DNA of 64,000 nucleotides. Source: Eledone cirrhosa. Lineage: Eukaryota. Where the stretch lies: positions 29,760,001-29,824,000 of the forward strand of contig OZ024757.1 in NCBI GenBank assembly GCA_964016885.1, in the 5' to 3' direction. The first letter of the stretch is position 1. Each line of letters begins with the position of its first letter. The notes below the pieces were generated by a model that made no database searches, was not told the origin of the DNA, and worked only from the letters and a program-made list of their open reading frames with translations. A program made the position numbers and the translations under genes. Positions 50,936-64,000 of this stretch are shown piece by piece.

Positions 50936-50994
50936 CATGTGTGTGTCTATATATATATATACATATACATATATATATCTATATATATCTGTGG

Positions 50995-51040
<46 letters not shown>

Positions 51041-51043
51041 TTC

Positions 51044-51112
<69 letters not shown>

Positions 51113-51285
51113 AAACATAAATTATCGAGAATCGCATTTCGGCCCACGAAATAACGAAAAACAAGTGCTCAATGATTCAGATGAACCAGAGCTATAACAA
51201 ACGTTAAAGGCCAAACACACTAAGACGATGGTCAAACAATCATTCGCATAGCCAAAAGAACGATCAAGTAATTCGGGTATTGAAA

Positions 51286-51323
<38 letters not shown>

Positions 51324-51650
51324 TATAAAGAATGTCCATAGAATCATTTGATAAATAAACGACAGCAATCTCTTCGCGGCCAACCGCCATAGAATGTTTA
51401 CCCAACATTTCAACAGCACGTGGAATTCGATTAAATATACCGTCAACCATACACAATTAGGTATAACATTAAAGTTAAAAGAAATGCTCATACACATACC
51501 AGGATTATGTCACTACCCTCGGGTTACGTCCGCATTTTGATATATCCTATTAAGGATAAGATCTCGAGCTTCGAGCTCATCCTACGCCATATTGTTTTTG
51601 GCGTAGGACAGAACAAACGAGTGCCACAAAAACAAAGAAAAGAATCCCCA

Positions 51651-51693
51651 GTCACTGAAGAGGTCACAGAATGTGTGACGAAAGAACTTTGAC
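51651..51693 (+). ncRNA. minimal type I hammerhead ribozyme
   Basis: Stem I gtca/tgac; CTGAAGA; g; stem II gtcaca/tgtgac; GAAA; minimal stem III agaact; CUU triplet. Confidence 0.6.
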
Positions 51694-51825
51694 AATATAT
51701 GAACAACCGTCCGGTTTTGGAACCAACCAACCGGAAATTTATAAATTCTTAAATTTATAAATTGGAGTGAAAGCAGCTGGTGCGTGTGTTTCTTATTGGC
51801 AACATGACCCTCCCAAAGCATAACA

Positions 51826-51865
<40 letters not shown>

Positions 51866-51948
51866 GTATGTATGTATATATATGTGTGTATATATATATG
51901 TATGTATATATATATATATATGTGTATATATATATATTTATATATATG

Positions 51949-52011
<63 letters not shown>

Positions 52012-52149
52012 GTATATATATATATATGTATGTATATATATATATATATGTGTATATATATATATATGTGTGTATATATATATGTATGTATATATATATA
52101 TGTATGTATATATATATATATATATATGTATGTATATATATTATATTAG

Positions 52150-52417
52150 GAAGCTGTCTAATATAATGGTCGCTTATAATAGGGTACGTCAAAATTATTT
52201 ATAAAACTGTTTATATAAAGTATTTTATCTGACGAAGGCATGCCATATTTTTAATATGGTATCCCTGAAATATGTATAATGAAATAAATATGGTTTTATA
52301 AATATAGTTTCCATTTGTTTAATATCGTATATCTACTCCAAAAACTTGTCGAGTGCTTTATATCAGTTATAAAATATTTACTTGTTGTAACCCAACAATT
52401 TTAAATAAAACTTTTGC

Positions 52418-52419
<2 letters not shown>
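52150..52419 (+). mobile_element. HHR-bearing ~270-bp Penelope-like terminus or retrozyme-like unit in TA array
   Basis: Homologous to 41872-42180, with a short 5' hairpin attatattag/ctaatataat. Confidence 0.7.
52221..52286 (+). ncRNA. minimal type I hammerhead ribozyme
   Basis: 8-bp stem I tattttat/atgaaata; CTGACGA; stem II agg-c-atgccatatt/aatatggtat-c-cct; GAAA; self-complementary atatgtat; AUA triplet after 52278. Confidence 0.78.
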
Positions 52420-52453
<34 letters not shown>

Positions 52454-52816
52454 TTATTTTACTTGATATATATATATATATATATAGCCGTTTGAAAGAC
52501 ATCTGCTCTCCAGCTTGGTATTTTCCTAACACTGTTCTTATTTCATGTTAGTACTATTCCTCTCTTACTCTACTTCAGTAAATCGTTTGTCTTTCCTTTT
52601 CTTTCCATTCGTAGTTAATATTTTCATTGTGCAGACATGTTTACGTATTTGTGCATATGTTCCATCCACCATAGTTATATTGAGAGAAATTACGTCCATC
52701 GTGAAGGAGGAGAAAACATCGTTAACTCTTTTATATCAATCCAAAAGAGAAAAAAACAAAGTAGACAACTCTGAATTGTTAATTAATTAATGCTTAATGA
52801 GTGAAGATTATTTTTT

Positions 52817-53535
52817 TGGCAGTATCGGTAGAGAGTCGGACACCACGCTTTGAAGCATAGAGTTACGTCCCTTTATGATCTGAGTTCAAATCCGGCCGAG
52901 GTTAACTTTGCCTTTCATCCTTACGGGGTCGATAAAATAAAGTACCAGTAATGTACTGGATGATTGCTGGCCTTGTGCGTAAAATAGAAACAATTATTTT
53001 TTAACGCTAAGGATTACGTCTGGTTAAGAAATGCAAGGCAGAAAATCTCACCATTTTAATTTGTTTAAAATTAATGATTTCTAATTTAGGCACAAGGCCA
53101 GTTTTTTTTTTTTGGGGGGGGGGGAGTCATTTAAATCAACCCCAGTATTAGACTGGTGCTTTATTTTATCGACCCCCAGGATTTGTCTGACGCTCTACCA
53201 ATTCTGCCAATCCACCACCCTTATTCTGTTTAAATAATGTTTCCTGTCTTAGGTAGGCACAAGGTCAGCTATTTGAAGGGAAGGGAAAGGTCGATTAAAT
53301 TTACCCCAAATAATTGTTTCTACTTTTGGCACAAGGCCAGCAATTACCCAGTATATTACTGGTACTTTACCCCAAATAATGTTTGCTGACTTAGGCACAA
53401 GGTCAGCAATTTTGAAGGGAGGGGAAAGGTCGATTAAATTTACCCCAGTGCGTTACTGATGTTGTATTTTATACACCATGTAAGGATGAAAGGTAAACCT
53501 AACCATCGGCGGGATTTGGACTCAGAACGTAAAAC
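52817..53535. mobile_element. cluster of SINE-A copies and tail fragments
   Basis: A + copy at 52817-52997 followed by several - copies or tails (aggcacaaggccag). Confidence 0.85.
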
Positions 53536-53767
53536 AATTTTTTTTTCAATTTGCCAATCGACTTTTGTCAAATCGGACCGAGGAAACAATGTTTCCATTG
53601 GTCTTTCCAATTGCTAATACTATCTATCGGTCGCAACTCCAGTTAGACGGAGCAACGTGAAATGAAGTGTCTTGCTCAAGGACATAACGCATCGCCCGGT
53701 CCGGGAATCGAACTGACAACCTCACGACTGCGAATCCAGTTCTCTAACCCATCAGCCATACGCCTTC
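53534..53767 (-). mobile_element. SINE family B (tail type 3) nested in SINE-A
   Basis: TSD tcagaacgtaaa at 53522-53533 and 53766-53777. The SINE-A sequence resumes afterwards. Confidence 0.85.
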
Positions 53768-55239
53768 AGAACGTAAAGGGTCATGATTATATGCTGCAAA
53801 GCGTTTTGTCAGACGCTCTAACAATTCAGCCAGTCCACTACTCTTTATTTGATTAAAATTAACAATATAAACATCAAGCTATATGTGAACAATGCAGTAA
53901 GGAATAAATCTGATCTTTATATAGATATTGTGTCTCATTAGTTTGATAACGAGATAAATTTCATCGATGTTTTACAACGGATTCTTTTTAAATAACTCGA
54001 ATTATGTGATACACAAACAGCATACTTTCAATGGAATTTTAGCTGCATGTGAGAAGTAAGCCATTGGGTAGCATTTTATAAGGAATAACGATTTATAAGG
54101 AATAAAGATTGTTTTCTTTGTAAATAGGATTACGTAAAATCCTATGTAATCCCAAGGACGAAAATTCAATGCATTTTTACCGCTTGTATTTCTTCACTTG
54201 TAAGGGATTTTTCCTTTTATTCTAATGAATTAAGCCATTATAGATTAGATTGAAAAATCCTATGTGAAGAAGAATCTAACAAATTGTATTTAAAATTAAT
54301 TCTGATTTTGATAGTAACGTGTATTTTTGTGATGAATTGCATTTGATGTCTTTAGATATACTGATTACATCGTAAATGAAATATAGGCTCTAATCTAGTT
54401 CTGGTTGTCATTTGGATTGTTTCTGCTTGAAAAACAATAATCATCCTTATTCAAAGCATGTATATATTATCCGCCATTGTAATTTTTTTTCTTTTTATTC
54501 CTTAAATATCATACAATGACTTAGCTTCTATTAAAGTGAAACTTGTTTTGCTTCTGCAGAAGACAAAGCTAACAACTTGGTATATTCTACTGGAAATAAA
54601 ATGGAAATAATTGTACATTAGTGTCGTCTGATGTGAAATAGAGAATAAGCTTCCGGTTGAAAATGTCAGGCGAAGAATAAATTAGAGAAAAGAATGGACG
54701 ACAGCTGCATCTTTTATAACCTCATATAACATTTTCATTTCGTTTCTAACAAATATTACAGACCGACATATTACACTTTATTATCCCCTCTGGCGGAACA
54801 AAATTATATACTCTATCCATTTCTTTTTATTTCCCAATCAATTCGTGCCGATGAAGACAAGAGACACGGACTAGACTTTCGATTCTAATCATTATGATAT
54901 AATAATTCGCTTTATTCTTTGTTCAACGGTTGGAAAATACAATTTCATCCTAAATATGTAGCTAGAAAACAAAGCCGTAGTTGTATAGCAATATGTTTTA
55001 GAATACAGACAACCTGGTAGTGTCAGTCTTCCCGTCAGGTATAGATGGCCATTAATTTCTCAGTGACAAGTTATCTGGTCACCCTTTGGTCATTTATATA
55101 TACACAGGGTGAGCATAAAGTATTTCCCTGATTATAAAATGCCGTATGTCATATCTCGGATACTATTTGAGATTTTACTTTTTCATTATTTTTCATTTAT
55201 AAACTTCAAGTTTTTCTGAACATCATCATCATCTTTTTT

Positions 55240-55570
55240 TTCTTCTTCTTCTTCTTCTTCTTCTTCTTCGCCCACTTATTCCTGGGGGGGGCTGTGGGGG
55301 CTGAGTCCTCAAACATTCCTTCCAGCAGGTCCCGTCAGAAGCAACCGGCTGGATCCCCAAGCGTGCCCAGCGAAACTCATGGATGTTAACCAACCATCTT
55401 ATTCAGAGTCAACGACTGGATTTCCTGCCTGTAAAATCTGTCCAGCGATTTTTTTTCCTGAGACATTCTAACCACGCCCAGAGTATCAGAGCTGTGGTCT
55501 CTCAATTCGGAGAAATACCTACTCTACATTGAGTGACTCTCTGGTCTCCGAGCTAGAAATCTTTTCAGCA
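55240..55570 (-). pseudogene. RTE (Rex3/Expander-like) 3' end with (gaa)n tail
   Basis: Homologous to 36200-36350. Minus translation RWLVNIHEFRWARLGIQPVASDGTCWKECL, with (ctt)n at 55242-55269 on +. Confidence 0.8.
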
Positions 55571-55574
55571 ATTC

Positions 55575-55727
55575 TTTCGTGGGACATTCTCAACCTCGGT
55601 CTCCCTCTTCCAGTGTGTCCATGCAGGGGCTCCCACAGAAGCACTGAGTGCAGTGTCAACTCTAGATGTCAGTGAGCATGTCCAGCTAACCTCAGTCTCC
55701 TCTGTGCTACTCTTGAGCTGACTTTTG
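55575..55727 (-). pseudogene. fragment of a second RTE family
   Basis: Near match to 63541-63613, plus LLWEPLHGHTGRGRPR on the minus strand. Confidence 0.75.
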
Positions 55728-56684
55728 TATATATATATATATATATTTAATTCTGGAACTGGGCCGACGAGTCTTTAGAATGTTTTTTGCCGGCTCACTG
55801 CGCTCTGAGTTCAAATGATGCCCAGGTAAACTTCACTTTTCATTAACTTTCCCAATCCATTAAAATTGCTGGCCTTCTGCCAAAAGTAGAAACAATTATT
55901 GTTGTTGTTGTTGTTATAATTTTATGAAACATTCTTCTCTATAGGTATTTACAGATTTCGAAGGATAAAATATTTTCACGACATTCGAAACTGGATACTC
56001 TAAGTCTCGGTGGGATTTGAACACAATTTGATAATTTGCCCAGCTTTTCTATGTACATACACTAAACACATTATCCTATTAAAGATCTTCATTTTCCAGC
56101 CAAAAACAGCAACGGTAATTTGACATATGTCGGCTACCAAATCGACACATAATCTACCGACCCTGTTGCAGATGATATATAAGATTGATAAGCCTTTCAT
56201 TTATTAACGTAGATGCTTCTACAAGATTCACTCTTACGTCAATTTCTCCTGTTCGGTGGACAGGCGAGTAAGGTATTTTCCACCGCCATTGTTGTTACTT
56301 CGCAATAGCAAGTTGTTTGTTTTTAACTATCAAGCACGCTATCTTCTAAATTAAGCCGTGTAATAGTATTACGGCGTCTAATTACCCTATTCACTTCCAT
56401 GAACAGCAAATTCATATTACAAAGTCGTGTTATTTAATGGATAATTCAATATCCAGCGAGATTCCAAGTCGAATTTGGTCAGATCAAACACTACTCTTCA
56501 GCTTCGGCTTTTTGATGTAAACAAACCCATCACTAATCTTGTTTAAGATGGCTATTATCACGAAGCTATTTCTAAGTTACTATTACCATCACCATCACCA
56601 CCCCACCACCATCAACATGTGTCCCTCATCCATGATGGCATATCAGTCATCCCATTCTTTCTAATTTTCTTTAGAATTTTCTTC

Positions 56685-56795
56685 TATATGTGTATGCATA
56701 TGTACTCATATATATGTGTGCGTGTACGTATGTATATATACGTATATGGATATAAATATACACACACACATATATATATGTATATATATTTATGA

Positions 56796-56836
<41 letters not shown>

Positions 56837-57317
56837 AATGTTAATGATTGCAGAGGTGGATTAACGGTGTGATTGATATATATATATATATATATATATA
56901 ATATACATACAGAATATACATACACACATATATACATATATATACATATATACACATACATAATATACATATACACATATATACATATATATACATATAT
57001 ACACATACATAATATACATATACACATATATACATATATATATATATACATATACATAATATACATATACACATATATACATATATATATATATATACAT
57101 ATACATAATATACATATACACATATATACATATATATATATATATACATATACACACATATATATATACATATACACACATATATATATACATATATACA
57201 CATATATACATATATACACATACATATATACATATATACACATACATATATACATATATATACATATATACATATATATACAAATATACATATATATACA
57301 GATATATACAAATATAC

Positions 57318-57352
<35 letters not shown>

Positions 57353-57450
57353 AAGAGAATGAGAGAGAGTGAGAGAGAGTGAGAGAGAGTGAGAGAGAGT
57401 GAGAGACAGTGAGAGAGTGAGAGAGAGTGAGAGTGAGAGAGAGAGAGACG
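56685..57450. repeat. TA/TACA microsatellite followed by (GAGAGAGAGT)n
   Basis: Direct inspection. Confidence 0.95.
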
Positions 57451-57939
57451 GCAGGGAAGAGGTATTATGTATATGCACATTAACTGAAATAAATGTACGA
57501 ATATTTCCTTCTCTTTTTTTTACACCAATTTCTGATATCTACTTACTATCGTCGAACTCCTCCTAAAAAAGATCCTGGGTTTATGTACAGGGTGGGCCAG
57601 AATTCATGGCTCGCTTGTTAGTTATATTTCTTAACATGCTTATTTTATTGTTATTGTATTAAATGTGTACATTTGTGTGCTTACCGTATCTTGTTCATGA
57701 TCTTATGCCTGTATATGATATTCATCATCATCATCATTTTACGTCCGCTTTTCCCTGTTTGCAACGGTTGGACGGGTCCTATTCAGCACAGCATCTCTCC
57801 TTATTCTAGATACTATGGCCTCGAGCACCCTCCTCCCTTGCTAATCTGATCACCTAAGTATCGGAAGCTATCAACCACCTCTATAGATCCTACCTGCATT
57901 TGAAAAATGTGTCTATCACTGCGACTTTCTTCTCCCCCA

Positions 57940-58352
57940 GAATTGCTGGCCTTGTGCCTACATTAGAGACCTTTATTAGGGCAGTGGATTGGCAGAATCG
58001 GTAGAACATCTGACACCATGATTTTTTACAGAGTTACGGCCCTTTTTACGATTTGATTTCAAATCCTGCCGAGGTTAGGGTTAGAGTTAACTTTGCCTTT
58101 CATCCTTACGAGGTCGATAAAATAAAAGTACCAGTAATGCACTGGGAAATTTACTGGCCTTGTGTCAAAAGTAGAAACAATTATTAGGGTCGGACGCCAT
58201 GCTTTGCAGCAAAGAGTTACGGCCCTTTATGATCTGAGTTCAAATCCCGCCGCGGTTAACTTTGCCTTTCATCCTTACGGGGTCGATAAAATAAAGTACC
58301 AGTAATACACTGTGATAATTGCTGGCCTTGTGCTAAAAGTAGAAACAATTAT
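57940..58352 (+). mobile_element. tandem SINE-A copies
   Basis: Family A motifs repeated head-to-tail. Confidence 0.85.
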
Positions 58353-58605
58353 TAATAATTATCTATTGTGAATAAATACTAAACTACAGCAGAAATACAG
58401 CAAATTGTAAGCAATTGGAAGTAAACTGACCATATTATAGTAGGAAAGCTGCTAAAGGTTAACTGCAGTAATCTATCAGGCTTGAATTTATGCGTTGTGA
58501 AGTTATTAGTTCAAAATATAATGGCTTCGTGCCACATGGGGAATAGCGAAAGAATTGAATAATATGATAGCAGACAAAATACATTTGACAGCCTGGACGA
58601 CGGCA

Positions 58606-59290
58606 GATGATGATGGTGATGATGATGGTGATGATGATGGTGATGATGATGATGTGGTGGTGGTTATCGTCATATTAATAATATTAGTAATAGCCATATT
58701 CCTAGTACTAGCAATAGTAGCAGTAATGGTGGTGGTAGTACTAGTAGTAGTAGTAGTAGTACTAATAGTGGTGGTAGTACTAGTAGTAGTAGTAGTACTA
58801 ATGGTGGTGGGGGCTGGTAGTAGTAGTAATGGTGGTGGGGGCTGGTAGTAGTATTAATGGTGGTGGGGGCTGGTAGTAGTAGTAATGGTGGTGGGGGCTG
58901 GTAGTAGTAGTAATGGTGGTGGGGGCTGGTAGTAGTAGTAATGGTGGTGGGGGCTGGTAGTAGTAGCAATGTTGGTGGGGTTGGTAGTAGTAGTATTGGT
59001 GGTGGGGGCTGGTAGTAGTAGTAGTAATGGTGGTGGGGGCTGGTAGTAGTAGTAATGGTGGTGGGGGCATGGTAGTAGTAGTAATGTTGGTGGGGGCTGG
59101 TAGTAGTAGTAATGGTGGTGGGGCTGGTAGTAGTAGTAGTAATGGTGGTGGGGGCTGGTAGTAGCAGTAATGGTGGTGGGGGCTGGTAGTAGTAGTAGTA
59201 ATGGCGATGGTAGTGGTGGAGGTGATTATGGTGGTTGTAGTAGTAATAGTTGTAGTATTAATGGTGGAGGCAGTTGTTACCATAATACTA
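58606..59290. repeat. (GAT)n/(GTA)n repeats plus a 28-31-bp G-rich minisatellite
   Basis: ggtggtgggggctggtagtagtagtaat repeated across about 58800-59200. Confidence 0.95.
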
Positions 59291-59397
59291 ATAATTGTTT
59301 CTACTTTAGGCACAAGGCCAGAAATCACCAGTACATTGCTGGTACTTTATTTTATCGACCCCGTAAGGATGAAAGGCGGGATTTAGTTATATTCAAC

Positions 59398-59459
<62 letters not shown>

Positions 59460-59589
59460 TTTGTTGTTGACGTTTGGTATTACTGCATACATCACCCACA
59501 GAAAAGCAATACTCAGGACAATTTTAAACCGATCGTATGTTTGCTAATAATCTGGATGACATTAAGATGCATTAGATAGCTAATAGTAT

Positions 59590-59641
59590 ATAAATACACA
59601 TACACACACACACATATATATATATATATACATATATATAC

Positions 59642-59672
<31 letters not shown>

Positions 59673-60012
59673 CATATATATGTATATATTTATACATACA
59701 TATATATGTATATATATATACATACATATATATGTATATATATATACATACATATATATGTATATATATATACATACATATATATGTATATATATATATA
59801 CATACATATATATGTATATATATATACATACATATATATGTATATATATATATACATACATACACACATATATATATATACATATGTGTATACATGTGTG
59901 TATATGTATGCATGTATGTACGTATATATGCATCTATGCATGTGAGTGTATGTTAGTGTGTATACATATATATATATATATGAGTGTGTGTGTATATATA
60001 TATACATATGCA

Positions 60013-60051
<39 letters not shown>

Positions 60052-60056
60052 GTATT

Positions 60057-60116
<60 letters not shown>

Positions 60117-60535
60117 TACATATATATATACACATATATATATATACATATATGTATACACACATATATATATACATATATATACATATATGTACACACA
60201 TATACATATATATACATTTATATACACATATACATATATATATATACACACATACATATATATGTATACACACATACATATATATATATACACATATATA
60301 TATATATATATATACACATATATATACATATATGTATACACATATATATACATATATATATACATATATGTACACATATACATATATATATATATATGAA
60401 TGTGTATGTGTGTACTTATCTATGCATATAAACATATACTTCTATATATATATATATGTGTGTGTGTGTATATATGTGTGTGTGTTTGTGTACTTATCTA
60501 TGCATATAAATATATACTTATACATATATAAACAT
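59590..60535. repeat. TA/CA/TG microsatellite field
   Basis: Direct inspection. Confidence 0.95.
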
Positions 60536-60547
60536 TAGCGCAGTAAA

Positions 60548-61150
60548 CATGCCTTAAGGCAAGATAAGGGTACTAAAAACCAATTTATATAATAGATAAA
60601 TTAATTTTGCAGGATTGCAGGAACCGTCATATGAAACTTGCAGTGACATAGATCGATTATAAAAAGGCCTGTGACACGATTCCTCATTCCTGAATAATAG
60701 AATGCTGGAATGCCTGGGGAGTTGGTAACGATAGCGAAGTATATGAGAGAAAGTTGATTAGAAAGTATACAGGAAACAAAATGAAATAATTCTGTGGAGA
60801 AGGTAAGCCGTATTAAATTCTATAGAGAAATATATATTTCAGAGTGATAGCTGGTGGTAATTGATTTTTATGACTAACATATTATTACCTTTAACATTGT
60901 TATTAAGAATTGTAAAGTATGGATATGTTATTAAAGATAATCTCCATGAAAATAAATCACCTGTATTCACTTGTATTCTCCCTCGCTTTATGTGTGAGCT
61001 GAAATTGTTTGTAAAATTGTAAAATTGAAGATCAAATCGGTTCTTTCAGTGCAAACCGTGGAAGAGTGAAAAGATAAGATATAAGATATTGTTACAGAAT
61101 AAGGGTATTGGAATTTTAATAATGGAAAATAGGAGGACTAAGAGTAGATA
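60548..61150 (+). pseudogene. dead reverse-transcriptase fragment of an R4/Dong-like (RLE-type) non-LTR retrotransposon
   Basis: GTKNQFI/IDKLILQDCRNRHMKLAVT*IDYKKACDTIPHS*IIECW ... IFQSDS ... KINHL ... FMCELKLF, matching the WIDYKKAYDSVPHSW, IFQGDS and HLLYMDDLKL motifs. Confidence 0.8.
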
Positions 61151-61239
61151 AGAAAAGAAGAGATTTACAAGATATATAAAATATATATTGTTATATTTCG
61201 GGAGAGTCATATTGTTATAATATTACCAGAAATATATAA

Positions 61240-61768
61240 TGACTTCTTGTATATAGGCACAAGGCCAGGAATTTTGGGGGGAAGGAAAAGTCGATTAAAT
61301 CGACCCCAATACGTTACTGGTGCTTTATTTTATTGACCCCCGCAAGGATGAAAAACAAAGTTAACTTCGGCGGGATTTGAACTCAGACCGTAAAGGACCG
61401 TAACTCTATGCTGCAAAGCATGGTGTCCGTCCCTCTTCCAACACTGCCAATCCACCGATGATAAAGATTATTAGAATAAAAATAATGAGGGTGACGAAGA
61501 TGATTATGGTGATGATGAGGAAAAGGAGGAGGTGATGATCATGATAATAGTTTCTTATATAGGCACAAGGTCACTAATCTTGGGGGAGGGGGGACAGTCG
61601 ACTACATCGACGCCAGTACGTTACTGGTGCTTTATTTTATTGACCCTGTAAGGATGAAAGCTAAATTTAACCTCGGCGAGATTTGAACTCAGAGCGTAAA
61701 GGACCTTAACTCTATGCTGCAAAGCATGGTGTCCGACGCTCCACCGATACTGCCAATCCACCACCCTC
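61240..61768 (-). mobile_element. two full-length SINE-A copies
   Basis: Family A motifs at 61240-61460 and 61548-61768. Confidence 0.88.
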
Positions 61769-62435
61769 TCAGAAATATATAATAAAACACTCACTGTTTG
61801 GTTTCGGTTGGTTTTCGCTGCAGTATATTTTAAATTTCTAGAATTAATTCAGCTGGTAATCAATGTTATATATCAACGTAAAATATTTAACTGATATGTT
61901 TGTCAGATTTCCAAGGTACCCAACGACGTGTGTTTTAGTTGATACGATCGACAGAACAGTCTATTCGTTAACAAAACATGCAAATGGCTGAGCAATTCAC
62001 AGCACAGACAGGCAGATCTGCCAAACTCTAAAAGCCTAAACGGGGAGTACCATGGAAAAAAAAGTGCCTCAAAACGTGGGGAAATGAGGCAAAATGGGGA
62101 GATTTTACATAATGAAAGCTATACCCATTTTCACAAGAGAAAACATCTTTCACCAACCCCAAATTGAGTGGAAGATCTCCTCATCCGATGGGAAGACTTG
62201 ATGGGTCTGGACAGGTGTACCTGTAACTTACTTCTCAGGGAGATTCAGTGTAGCCCAAGCCAGTCCGACTCATTTAATAAAGTGCTTTTCGCAAAAATAC
62301 AATATGTCCTCCAGAATCAAACTCACTACCTTACGCTCGGCAGCTATACATCCTAACAACAAAGCCACGCGCCTTCACTGTATAAGGGATAAATACATAA
62401 GGAACTCGCATTGTGTGTGGTGTGTGTGGTGTGAG

Positions 62436-62496
<61 letters not shown>

Positions 62497-63083
62497 CCAT
62501 TTAAAAAAAAAAATTTATGTTAGAAATATTTCCTGCGGGGCATATTCAAACGGTCAAATCACGCTTCAGAAAATGGCATGTGTGTGTGTCATTTTTTCAA
62601 TATATGAGGGATACGGAAGCTTTTCTCAATATTTATATAAATGGTTTTTTAAGATTTTACTTTAGATTTTAAAGGAATACTATACAAAAAAAGGAATAGA
62701 TTAAATTGAAATTTTAGTTTAAAAAATGATTCGTCAAAAGAAGGCTTCTGGCAAAATGTTTCTCTATCTTAAAGAAATCTTTCTTCACACTATATCCACT
62801 AAGATAAAGACGATAAAGAATTATTTCAATATCCTGTCTAATAACAATCTTTTTCCTCTCTACTATATATATATATATATATATAGTGTAGATGATTCAC
62901 TGAATTATTGGTGATGGTACCAAAGCAAGCACTCTATGCACAGTCAGAAGAGCAGATAGATAATGGAGTCGGGTCTGTAACTCCTATGGTTGACCCTGAG
63001 CCAATCCTCTGCGGAACAGGTCGATACAGAATGAAAATCTAATACATATAAAAATATAATAATAACAATACTGTTATTAGTAT

Positions 63084-63157
<74 letters not shown>

Positions 63158-63364
63158 TTAGCAATTTGAAAGGCCAATGGAAACATTGTTTCCTCGGTCC
63201 GATTTGATTGGCTCCACCCCTACTCGTTAAGCAAATGAGGTCTGAGATAGGCTTCCATTTCTAGGCTTTTTCTTTTTCCATTCAGGCCACTAGCTATTGT
63301 CTGACGTACGTATTTTCCCTTTCTCTCTCCACGTGTTGCAATTCAGAACTAGAATTTTTTCATA

Positions 63365-63435
63365 CGGGAGAAATCATCAGGAAGCCGCTTCCTGATGATT
63401 TCTCCCGAATGAGACAGTTCTAGACCGGTAGAAGC
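63365..63435 (+). ncRNA. 21-bp perfect hairpin overlapping a degenerate hammerhead motif
   Basis: cgggagaaatcatcaggaagc-c-gcttcctgatgatttctcccg. The right arm reads gcttc-CTGATGA...GA-ccgg-TA-gaagc (stem I gcttc/gaagc, palindromic accggt), with GAAA damaged. Confidence 0.45.
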
Positions 63436-63540
63436 CATTTCTATATTAAATGTTATACTCTGCTATGTATTGAGTACCTTACTTACTGTGGATACCCCCG
63501 ATTGAACCCGGGATAAACTTATATATATATATATATATAT

Positions 63541-63861
63541 GTCAACTCTGGATGTCGGTGAGCATGTCCAGCCAACCTCAGTCTCCTCTGTGTCACTTTT
63601 GAGCTGACTTTTGGGATGCTCCCATACAGCTCTGAGTTTTTCATCCTCAGTGTATACTGATTAATGTTCAGAGCCATCCTCAGCATCCTTTGGGAGCCCC
63701 TACATGGACACACTAGAAGAGGAAGACCAAGGTTAACGTATGTTGATGCCCTAAGGACAGACACTGGTCTGTTGGAGATGCAGGACATGGCAGCGATAAT
63801 GAGGGACAGAGACCGCTGGAGAGAACTCGTCCATGGATCTCGGGAATTTTACCCGCCTTAG
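63541..63861 (+). mobile_element. 5'-truncated, 5'-inverted RTE LINE copy
   Basis: The + part reads ILWEPLHGHTRRGRPRLTYVDALRTDTG...RDRWRELV*, followed by a (taga)n/(ga)n tail. The - part, about 63688>63541, reads RMLRMALNI...NSELYGSIPKVSSKVTQRRLRLAGHAHRHPELT. Confidence 0.85.
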
Positions 63862-63890
63862 ATATAGATAGATAGATATATATATAAAGA

Positions 63891-63957
<67 letters not shown>

Positions 63958-64000
63958 CATTTCAATAAAATATAATAGTAACTAAAGTGTTTGCGTTAAC

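Noticed and set aside
58506-59547. Pro/Thr/His/Val-rich ORFs (extensin- or mucin-like)
   Set aside because: Translations of trinucleotide and 28-31-bp repeats whose period breaks the reading frame.

Overview
Very AT-rich, repeat-saturated eukaryotic DNA with no protein-coding host gene that I can support; it reads as intergenic or deep intronic sequence. The SINE types and giant (TA)n-based microsatellites suggest an octopus-like cephalopod genome (inference). Much of the window is degenerate TA/TACA/TATG microsatellite, and this produces all the long 'IYIY' ORFs, which are artefacts. The rest holds two tRNA-derived SINE families (many copies, some nested with TSDs), fragments of several LINE clades (RTE/Rex3-like, a second RTE family with a twin-priming-type 5' inversion, a young 5'-truncated L1/Tx1 copy with a 13-bp TSD, a dead R4/Dong-like RT), MITEs and fold-back elements, and one 200-N gap. 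The most interesting signal is a set of short non-coding islands inside the TA arrays that carry minimal type I hammerhead ribozyme motifs (CUGAnGA-stem II-GAAA-palindromic stem III-UH). There are seven motifs from about six unrelated sequence families, several with inverted partial copies at one end, which is the architecture of Penelope-like element termini and retrozymes.
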